From positions 11,656,001-11,720,000 of the forward strand of contig OZ287748.1 in NCBI GenBank assembly GCA_965649765.1: DNA of 64,000 nucleotides, given 5' to 3'. Source of the DNA: Bispira polyomma (Eukaryota). The position numbers and the translations under genes were made by a program. This document shows positions 30,501-42,500 of this stretch, one piece after another (position 1 is the first letter of the stretch; the number at the start of each line of letters is the position of its first letter). The notes under the pieces are model-generated. The model had not been told where the DNA came from and did not search any database. It saw only the letters and a program-made list of their open reading frames with translations.

Positions 30501-33500
30501 NNNNNNNNNNNNNNNNNNNNNNNNNNNNNNNNNNNNNNNNNNNNNNNNNNNNNNNNNNTGACTGTAGATATATGTTGTAGTGCAATGTATAAACAATTTG
30601 GGGATATAATAGTTTTGTGTGTGTGGTTTTATATTATGTTTTGTAGAAATCCCTCAGCTTTTCCAGCTGGGGTACATTTTGTGTAGAACAAATGCCTTTA
30701 TCAAACAAACGGCACAGACTTTAACTGTAGAGACTTTAACAAATCCCTCACCTTTTCCAGCTGGGGTACGTTTTGTGTTGAACCTATGCCTTTATCAAAC
30801 AGGCCAATCAGAGTCTGTTCAAAGCCAGGCAGAGAGGTGCTGTAGTGTACACCTTGTGTGTCCATCAGCAGGTCCACATAGAACAGGGCATTCTTCTTAG
30901 GTCTGAAACAAGGGATTTAACAATTAACATTACAAGCAAATAGCCTTGGTGTGACGTATATCGAGGACGTAAGCAAGTGCACAGTAACTGACTAAAATTA
31001 GGTTATACCAGCTTTTCATTGGGTAATATGTAGGATAAACTACATTTTAAAATATTCAACAACTAATCGGAGCTGATGTAAATGATAAATGGCAACTAGT
31101 CAACTTCAATTTTTTTGGCAGTCGTGACGTCCCTAGTTAGGAATGTTATCAACATACTTGTATGGACTTTTAACCAGGTCAGACGTCCACTTCATTTCTT
31201 CCTCGACCTCCAGAGTGGAGTAGCAAGCATCCAGAATCATTTGAGTGAAGTTCACCAGAGAATCCTGGATCAGGTATCTCAAGGAATCCTGTAAATAATA
31301 AGTAAAACTACCTGAGTCATGTACATTATAATTTATGTGACCAAAGGTGATAAACAGTACAAAACAAGCCCAATAGGGCGGATACTGTGTGGTTTATCTT
31401 TTCGAGTCATATCATTTTTAAATATACACATCACTTAAAAGTCACAATTTCTATTATCTGTATAATTTTTAACCCAATTTTAATAACAAACATTCACTCC
31501 CCCAATTTTACATTTTGCTCTTGTTTCATACTAAAATCACACTTTTCTAGTCTATAAACCTTCTATTATCCAAACAGCGTATTGCTCTCGCAACATTTTG
31601 GGATAATACAGATTTTACTGTATTACATGCAATGTACCACTGGGGCCCCTATTTACTAACGGACTTAGCCAGGTCTTAGCAAAAGGCTTACGAATCTATC
31701 ACAAAAGTAAACTGATTTAAGCCTAAGACTTGGTTAAGTCCATTAGTGAATACGGGCCCTGGACACTAATTCTATCCAGACAGCACTGACCTGCATGTTG
31801 AACTTGACCATCTCCATAAACTTCTTCATCTTTGAGATCTGGTAGACTTCCCAGTTGGTCTCATGGATGTTGAACCATCCCTTACCCACATCCCTCAGAC
31901 TGGTCCTAATGGCGGCCCTCAGAGTGGTGATCCAGCTGTCCTTGAGGAACAGAGACACCTGCGCAAAGGGGAAAAGCATGCACTATTATGTGTTACAATT
32001 ACACACTACATGACAGTCAATGGTATGCATACAATTTTATGATGGAAACTTCAGACACTACAGATTATTAATATTATTAAAATTGTAAAAAACAGACATA
32101 GCTAGGCTCAGCTGTAAACTCATAAAGAGGCTTGCTACCACTGAGATTCAATCCTGGGTTGTTATGGATCTTGAGATTAATAGTCCAGTACACTAACAGC
32201 GAAGCTAAAAGGGAAGCCTTGAAAGCCCAAGTGTTTAATGCGCTGATATACACAGATATTATAATATTACAACATTAGTGATCCAGCAATAACTTGCCAA
32301 CTCCAGTTTGGACAGGTAAAGCTTCAGAGTGAGGCAGAGGACAGAATGAATTGATTCAAGGTCAGTAATTTAACATGTACCATTTTACTCCCAAATGGAT
32401 GTAAACAACATTACTCTTGATACCAGTGTTAACTAAAGGCCTGTAGATGACCTAAGTGATATGGGCCCGTATTCACGAAGGGACTTAGCCAAGTCTTAGG
32501 CTTAAATCTAGAACAAAGTATACTGATTTAAGCCTAAGATTGGGCTAAGTCCCTTTGTGAATACGGGCCCAGTACTAAACCTGAATGACCTGGGAAGTAG
32601 CCTGGGATTGTGTGAGTATATAACAGTGTTAACTAAAAGCCTGTAGATAACCTAAGTGATCACTACTAAACCCAACTGACCTGGAAAGTGGCCTGTGATT
32701 GTGTGGTGATATAACAGTGTTAACTAAAAGCCTATAGATGACCTAAAGTATCAGTACTAAACCTGACTGACCTGTGAAGTGGCTTGGGACTGCGTCTGTT
32801 CAAACTCCTCTAGTTTCATGTGTTTGGTAGTAGGGATGTGGAATAGAGACTTAGCTGCCACCTCGTTACACTCAGTCCTCACTCTACCAATGGCCTGGAT
32901 GGCTTCCTCTCTGGTGAGTAGGGAATTAAAGGCAAAGTTGTCATACTGCTCATCAAATGGGTACTCTGGTAATTCCATGATACAGCCTAGAAAAACACAT
33001 ATTAAACATTTATTGGGCTTTGTAACATTGATTCCACTCCCATCGAGCATTTAAAATGTGCATAAAACACTCGTTTCCAATGTTATTCCTACATTAGTCT
33101 GATGCTGTGTATCATTAAAAAAGTTAGATCTACCTAAGTCTACAAAGTAAAGTAACATTTTTTTAATACATTTCAAATTATACAGAGGCTGTACATCTTA
33201 ATTTGTTACTGTAACATAAAACTGCTAAACACTACTTTGGCTACCTTTGTCTGGCACTTCTTGTGATTTAGCTGCTGGTAAAGTGACAAAGGCAAAGGTC
33301 TGTGGATCCTCCTCTACTGTCTTGTCAAAGATAATCCTGTTCATAGATCTACAGAAGTCTATGTTCACTTCCTTCTCCAGCACTTGGATGTAGTCATCAA
33401 GCCTGAAACAGTGACAGGACTGGATGTAAGTCATGGACTCATGGCTAGAGATGCTTGTACAAAGTACACACAGTTAAATACTACATCCAAGCCTGAAACA

Positions 33501-36500
33501 GGGACAGGACTGGATGCAAGTCATGGACTCATGGCTAGAGATGCTTGTACAAAGTACACACAGTTAAATACTACATCCAAGCCTGAAACAGGGACAGGAC
33601 TGGATGTAAGTCATGGACTTATGGCTAGATGCTTAAACAAAGTACACACAGTTAAATACTACATCCAAGGCTGAAACAGTGACAGGACTGGATGTAAGTC
33701 ATGGCTAGATGTTTATACAAAGTACACACAGTTAAATACTACATCCAAGCCTAAAACAGTGACAGGACTGGATGTAGTCATGGCTAGATGTTTATACAAA
33801 GTATACACAGTTAAATATCAACTATAGTGAGAGCATGATGCTAGAGACTCTTTCAATATGCCCCATAAAATTTGTCTACACAAGCATAGTTCTAACTTAA
33901 TGTGGCTTTTTTGACATATAATGAGTAACTAGACTTAAACAAGTAAGAAGTAAATTAGTACCTTCATTTACCAAAAATTATGAAAGAAAAATTTAGGGTA
34001 TTTTAGTTACAGATATTTACGTTTAATATGTTCTTACTTTTTCCATTACCATATTATTAATGTGCCCATCTTTCAGTCACAAGGTACTGTAGCTTAAGTT
34101 TTGGTATATACCAATAGAACCTCTATTATACATACTTTTATTTCATCTCATTACTCGATTTTTTCAACTCATTTCATCAACTCTCTCAAACTTTTCCTTT
34201 TATTTCATACACAAAATGCCTTTAAGTCCTCTGTTTTAAAAACGTTCTAGAAGATGAACAAAATATGGCTTCCCAATATATTTGGATAATGGAGGTTGTA
34301 CACATTGCTGTTGTAACTTTGCAGAAAGTCACTATAATTACTGATATTTCTTATATATTTGATATATCTGGAATTTCTCTATTATTGTCTTATGTTACAG
34401 GGCCCATATTCACAAAGGGACTTGGCTAAGTCCCTTCGTGAATACGGGCCCAGAGTATCAAAATCAAAACTTATGCTGAAAAAGCAGAACCCTCAAAAGG
34501 GAATGTTTATTTCATAAAGTTCATAAATTTCTCTGGGGTGGTATTTATTAACAAACTTAGACAAGTCATAGGCTTAACTCTATACTTTTGTGCTATATTT
34601 AAGCCTAAGACTTGGTTAAGTCCCTTCGTGAATACGGACCCTGGATATGTGCATAAAGAAGTCTATATTTAAATGGTTTTATATAAATGTCATGCATTTA
34701 TATAGCACTTTATCTTGGTAGCTCAAAGGACTGTTCACAGTTTATACCCCCAGCCTGGGTTCTTCCACTTGGGTCAACCAATTGTTCACTCTTGGCTTCC
34801 TCAGGAAGAATACTAGCCATGCAGCCCCATACAGAGCAGACTAGGTGGAGAGGGACAACGTTTGTGTGAAGTACCTTGTACAAGGGTACAATCTCTAGGC
34901 CTGCAGAGAGGATCGAACCTTAGACACTCCGAGACCCTCTGATTCAAAGTCGCTAGGCCACGGAGACCATATATATAAATTAAAACAGACACTGCCAAAT
35001 GCCACAAATAAGAATACAACATGCACAAGCATTATTCAATGTATAAAGCAAATACCAAAAGATGCGAGTAATATATTAAGCTTTCAAAGCAATCAGTAAT
35101 GTATCCTCATGGAATCCAAGAGTATTGAAATACAAAATCGATGAGTCTCAACACTGATATTACATACCTCACTACTCCAAACCGGAAGAAGTGGCCTAAA
35201 GTTTATCATTAAACCTATACACTTTGACACCAGATTACTACAATTATATGAACCTATCAATATTTTATTATATCATTAGTTCCAGATTCTTTGCTACCTA
35301 AAAAAAGGGAAGCTAAAATTATCATCGAGCAGCAAATTTGCTAATCTATATTTGCTGAAATGATTTTAAACAATTAATCAATTAATGTACCATAATGCAA
35401 AATGTACCATATGTACTTGGCTGATTTTGATTGGTTGGTTGTATATACAGATAGACAGTGTAAACATACAGCCAGCTGTTCTCCATTGTAAGCATTCACA
35501 GGTACTGGACACAATGAAATCTTAACTTCTGCCTGATTTCTAATATTGTCAATCTTCTAGGTATATCACATTTTTGCACACTTGTTGAAGTAAAAACTAA
35601 ATCTAGAAGATATCGGTACCCTAACTACCCTTTATTGTGGGTGTTAGGTTTAGTGCCTGTAAGTATCATATAGGCCATGAGGGCCTAGTGGTTATTTATG
35701 TATACGTCAAGCACTTCCAGCATTTGCTTTATGTGGGACAGTTTTCCAAGTACTTAATGTAGGTCAGTGGTTTCCATGACAAATAGTACCGGTTTCTATC
35801 CCCCCAATAAATGTGTCCATCACAATGTGACAAAATATGTTAAAAGTGATGTAAAACCCTAATAAGTAAGGCAACATGTAAATGTGTAGCAAGTATCACT
35901 CAGTTTAAATTGAATAAGCCACAATATGGGCAAATTTAGGTTGAAAAAACATCAAATTTTTACACTTTCAATTTATCTTACAAAATCATGTATTTATCAT
36001 GTAGTTCTTATTATACCATTATTATGGCATGATAATTTTCTTGTAACCTGTCATATTGAATCAAATAAAATCAATACCATTGATTCTGATATAGTTAAAG
36101 GCTATCGATTTACATATGTACACAACATAATTACAAGTAAAAATAAAAACAAGGGAGGAGAAAAGATAATGCATTTACATTTGAATATTAACTGGACCAT
36201 GACTGTCAGCATTAAAAGTGATAATAGGCAAATAATTATTTGGTTTTTAAAATGTTGATTCATATGAATATCAACAACAAAGGATCAGATGACAAAACGA
36301 CAAACACAAAGACTTTGGGGACTTTTTTTAAGGTTTTTCTAAATTTTTGACAAATTACAGTTTTAAAACAAAGTACTTGGTCGAGTACAATGAAAGTACT
36401 TGGTCGAGTACAATGAAAACCCTTTGGGAAGGAGTATCTTTGATATTTACTTCATTAACATCATCTTGCATATTTTAACAGAATAATCATCCAATGTCTT

Positions 36501-39500
36501 TTTAAGCAATGGTTCAAGCCAAATGATCTATGCAATTAAAGTTTATGTGTAATAAATTATAATTATGTATATCTATAACAATTATTAATTTATCGATTCA
36601 TGATGCAAAAAAACAAAACATTTCTTCCACCTAGTAACTAGGACACTTATGTCTGGTCCATTCAGCGACATTATCTATACAATTATGTGTCTATAAAACA
36701 AAACGCAAGGTTTTACACAGTTTAGGCTTTATACAAGGCCAAAAACCCAACCCAAGCTTTAAAAACACATTATCAAAATCATGTACACGGATTGCTCCTG
36801 CTTTTTATTACCAATATAAATATTCTTTGCTAAAACACAAATTGGTGCAAGAGAAATAAATTCAAAAGAATACTAATGTGTGTTCAACATTTTTTATTAC
36901 TACTTAATTACTTAATTTTATATTAAGAAAAATAAAGAAATATAATATATGATATATTATTTTACTAAACCTATCTGTACACAAGATTTGAATATTAATT
37001 TAGTTGAAAAAGTACAAACAACATGATATGCTAACTTGTTGCTTTTTGTTTACAATTAGCTACCATATCTATTAACTTGTATTAAACAACAGTTGTATCT
37101 CCAGTGGAATCTACAAAGTGATTGATAAATAAATATACAAAGGGTGCTACTAAATATTAACAAAATGTGTAGAAAAAGTGAAAATAGTATTAAATTTACA
37201 GACCAACATGAAGTGCAGTGTCTATATCTAAGTAAAGAAGTGCAGTGTTATCAGAATACTTGAGTAGACAGGTGTATATACCAGTAGAGTAGACAGATGT
37301 ATATATATATAACAGTGAAACTTGTAGAAGACAAACTCCCTCGGGATATCGGTAAAAATGGTCGTTTATAGGGGTTGACCGTACTACATAAAACCATCTG
37401 TGGTATTTTTCGGTCGCCACGTAAATGTGGAGGGAGATTCAAAAATTCAAAACGTTTTGAAGTGAGCTATATTGATAAAAGCAGCTGATGAAATTGAAAT
37501 TGATGAAACACTTAAGTCATTCTCTGTGTATAGTAAGGGGATTAACTGCAAAGTCTTATATGGGAGAGGGGTCAAATAAATTCTACTTCTTTTTTAGTCG
37601 GCTTATATACATATGTGATTTCAATCACTAGAGGTCACCTTTATTTGTTATATTTGATTACCACTCCCTCGGTAAACTTCAGCAGTCGCATCTTTACAAA
37701 TAAAATCAGGGTCGCTGAAGTATATTACGGCAGTCGTGGTCGGCTTCGAAGGTCGCTTTTAATGCAAAATCACTGGGAGGTTTCTACTCACTTACAAGTG
37801 GTCATCGTTTAAGAGTGGTCACTGGCACAAGTTTTACTGGTAGTAATGGTTAGCTAGACCTCAGTGTGAGATACTCACGTCTTGTCTTTGGCCAGTGCAG
37901 GTGCTCCCTTGGCCCATTCAGTCATCCTCTTCAGAGAAGCCTGGTCCAACTCCCCAACCCCCTCCATAGGCATGCAGTCAATGTACAGGTTGTAGCGCAG
38001 GAAGGACTCCGTCTCCTGACGTGCTTGAAATGCATTGGCAACACGCTTGGCAAATACAGCGGGGTCTTCGGCCTTGAAATAAACTCGTACCCTGGGCACC
38101 CAGTACTGGCTGGGGAGGGAGACCCTGGTCCCTGGAGATACAAAAAATACACTCGCAAAATACACTACGGCCTTGAAATACACTTGTACCCTGGGCACCC
38201 AGTACTGGCTGGGAAGAGAGACCCTGGTCCCTGGAGATACAAAAAATACACTTGTAACCTAGGCACCCAGTATTGGCTGGGAAGAGAGACCCTGGTCCCT
38301 GGATATACAAAAAATACACTTGAAAAGTGGACACCCAGTACTGGCTGGGGAGAGAGACCCTGGTCTCTGGAGATACAAAAAATACACTCGTACCCTGGGC
38401 ACCCCATACTGGCTGGGGAGAGACCCTGGTCCCTAGAGATGGATAAATAGCATCGTAGTTTGGACCGTGACGTTGCACACCTGAGGAATAATTGTTCCAA
38501 ACATGAAATTGTTCAATTTTACGGTTTTTGAGAACTAGCCCAGACAAACTTTTGACAGCAGCAACCTGGTGAAAACAAAAACCCATAAAAAGACAAAACA
38601 GTTGTCAATCAGAACAGCTTAATATTATACTCCTCTAAAAGTCAACAATATGTATAAAAATCAAGGCACTACATTAAGGTTGAACAACTAAATAATTGAA
38701 TTAGCTCAAATTTAAACAGGCATAGAGTTTATGATCCTACATTAAAGTCATACAGAAGCAGTAATGGATGTGAAGATACACAAGCACCAATTAAATGTAT
38801 ATTAGATCCTCTGAATTCTACAAAATCCTTAATTCTTCAAGCACCTACCGTTTTTCTTCACTCCTCCATTGACAATGGGTTTTCCTGTAGCATCCACTAC
38901 ACGTCCATGGCCATTAACTTTCTGTACTAGCCAGAGTTTATTCTTGGGGTTAAAGTCAAGCATACCCACGTCAAACCACTTGTACTCGATAGAGGGCTCC
39001 TTGGGATCCACTGTAATCACAGTAATTTGGTTCGAATACTTTCAAAAAAGAACATACACAGAAAGCTCAAAAAGAAAGGGAATAACTGTTCTACCTTTAC
39101 ATAAAGCATTTTCTCAAACATTTGTCAATCGCAGTCACACAAGATTAAACGGACAATTTTACTCTTTGGTTTTAGGAATAGACCATGAGCACCTGGGGCC
39201 ATATTTATGAAAGGTATTAAATTTAAACTCACAATAATCTCAAAATAACTCCCACTGTATCTTTGTGTACAATAAAAATATCTAAATGATGAGTGCAGGT
39301 TTGAGTTGCTGACTAAAAGGTCTGTTAAAATGAATAGTAACACGAGTCACAGTTATTCTATAATAAGCAGAAATTTTTGGTTATTGGCTGTTCAATAGAT
39401 CTAACTTACAGTGATGTACATCATCCCTTGTTGGGAGCAGAGCTTTGCAGGGGACTGGCTTTCTGGAACCATTTTCTCTTCCAGCCTCAAGCCATTCCTC

Positions 39501-42500
39501 AGGTAACCTGAAATGTGTCAAATATCTTGTAACGACATTATTCATCAACCATATAGTCATTTAGAACCACTTGGATTATTAATACTACAGTATTATACCT
39601 GCAGAAATTAGCATGTGGCAATTAGGAGTATTCATCAATTGTTTTTAATAGTATTTATAGAGACAATTATTTCTTATATTAATAAAAGTCAAAACAAAAG
39701 GAGAATCACAGATGTTGAAACCCTCCAGCCAAGAGAGAAATAGTTGCCTTGTGAATACATGAAGGGGAAAACATCTACATTACCCAAGGAATAACTGTAC
39801 CAAGTAAATTCTTGGAAAAGAAGTAATCACTGACATATAGATCAAGGTTATAATTCTTATGTTAGAGGTTTAATTTAGGTGAAACCATGATATCGCACAT
39901 CTATATCTATGCCCCCTAAGAAATCGTCACAATGAACATATTGCACCAAAAAAGAAATTCATGTAAGAAGTCCTTAATAAAGATATAGCCTCAAAAAGAA
40001 TTTGAAGGTTAAAGTTAAAGGTCAACTTGAGATAACAGATCTGTACCTAATACTAAACATTTGTACTAAATAAAGACTTTAAAAGATGCCTGTTTACCCA
40101 TCCATGTGGACAAGACAGACTTCTCCTCTTCTTGGTGTGGGGCAAGGAGAGTAATGAGACGGCCATAAATATCTATGAGGTTAAAATCACTCTGACTGTA
40201 GACTAAAGGTAACTGTTTATCTTCAGAAGCAAACTGTCACTATATTGTATTATTTCATTTTTAGATTACAGTTTGTAATTGATATATTAATTTTGGACAA
40301 GAGCCTCTAGTGGCCTCACGGCTGTGGGCAATTGTCATAAAATAATAACTTCCTACTGCACTGTAAAGTTCCGCTTTCTGGACTGTACCATTGAGGGCTT
40401 TACCTTTGATCATACTCTGTGTTATCAAAGATCTCCAGTGGTAGATAAGGTGGGAATGGTGCTGGGTCATCAGGATCAGCATTGAGTTTGACATTGGCCA
40501 TGCCCTCAGGCTGGTTCTTTGGCATGAGCTGGGCGGTATCTATCCCTTCACTGTCCAGCAGCTCATACAGGTTCTGCTTAGTGTAATGTCTTCTACGTCT
40601 ACAAGATACAGCACACAGAAACGCTAAACCACGTTCAAAAACAAAGTATTGCACATACGAGTTATTCCATATGGTGAAAACAAAACTAAGTATTAAAGAT
40701 TAAGAGAAGTAGTGAAAATAACAATTGTCATGAACATGAAGCATAGTTTAAAATTTAGGATAAAATAGTATTTACTGTATATTGCCGGTTTATTTAGACT
40801 ACCACAAGGTAGTTTGTTTTGTTATCAAATTTTAGCACTCTAATAATCAGTACCATGTTTTAAGTACTAGAACAGAAAAGTCTGTTTATCCGAACGCTTC
40901 CAGAGACATTGCTTCAGTTGAGATGAAGCTATTGCATGGTGTCAAATGGTCTAAATTTAGAGATTTTGGCTTTCCCATTAACCTAGAAATGTCTATGGTA
41001 CATGTATTATGGAGTTTTCTTATTACTAAAATAATACACAAACTTGTGTACATTTATTCTACAGTAGGCAGTTCAAGTATTTAAATAACTAAAAAATTAG
41101 GAACCTTAAAACTCCATTTACCTTTCTATTTCAATCTTTCTTGGGCACTCCCCTGGAGGTGTAAAGAATGGCAGCTGTACTTTTGGTTCTGAAGCTTTCA
41201 GTGGAAAGTCCTGCAAACAATTATAAAACAATCCTGTTTATTACTTTCCAACAAATATGTTTTGCAACATAATGTTGTTAAATAATGTGAAATGGTTTAT
41301 CAGTGATTCTCCACAACAAGCTACATTCGATTTATGTGAACACATTATCTAAAATGATAATGCATTCCCCGGTGACTACCCAAACCTTAAAATGACCTTT
41401 AAACATAAAAATTTTATGTTACAGTCTGTCTGTATCTTTATAATAGTGGAAAACCTCCTAATGGAGTAACTCTTCCAGGGAAGGAGCGTGTGGTTGGTTA
41501 TTTTTTTGGTGTATATTGACTTTTAGTCATGCCTTAAACTGATCAAAGGAGGCACTATTGACTATTTCACTGTTGAGATTATTCCACACTGGTATTGTTC
41601 ACAGGAAGAATGAAAATTTGTAGGCGTCACAGTTTGATCCAATAGTTCTATACTGCAGATTGTGTTTCTTTCTAGTGGAGGTGTATGGCTGCTCCAGGTG
41701 CTCTTTTCTGCCTACTGCTACTGTTCCACTTACAATTTTGTAAAAGAAATCGAGACAGTAATGTTAGAATTCACATAAAGCTACTAATCAAGCAAGGTTA
41801 TAATATAGTGCATTGCGCTACAGTCTTTGTGCATTTAATACCAGAAGTGTTATTTTATAATATTCACTCCTAGATTGTAGTTTATTTCTACATTAGCATT
41901 ACACTGACTCCTTCACAACATGAAAGTAATAATGAAGAAAAACAGCAACAACTCATGTTTATTAATTCTATGTATTACTGCAAGAGCAGGACACCAGATA
42001 ACCACTGTGCATATTTTATACATTTCAATAGTAGCACCAAGTGTAAACAGACATCTTCTACAAGGCAGGTTAGAATCTTCAGTTTACTTTATATGATACA
42101 AACAATCATAACATGTAGGGGGTGAGACGGGGGGCCCGGTTAATCAATTACAGGCCGAATTTGTTGGGAAACCGGAGTGAAATTTGCCTATATTTATGAA
42201 TAGATTACCACTTGTATAAAGCATGTGTCCCACTTACGGATATGTCCGTAATGGCTGTGGACGGTCCATGTTCACTGGTTGCAGCAATAGCTTTCAAGTC
42301 ATCTGGACTACTCTTATATGTTGTCACTGAATATACAAATCAGGGGACAGAATGTAAACAATTTACATTATAAACCCCATAGAACACAAAATACAACATT
42401 TTATGCTTTAATTGGTCTGTTTGCTCTTATATAAATCAGGTGTTTCAAAAATGTCAGTACCTTAAATTATTGAGGTTGTTTGCTTATGCATTCTATAGAT

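Noticed and set aside
35168-35195. 28-nt exon-like segment (tttag|...GAG|gtatgt) in intron 8
   Set aside because: It would shift the frame and I found no compensating exon; a poison exon cannot be excluded.
37485-37525. CTGATGA...GAAAC...GTC hammerhead-like string
   Set aside because: Stem I cannot pair and stem II is out of register.
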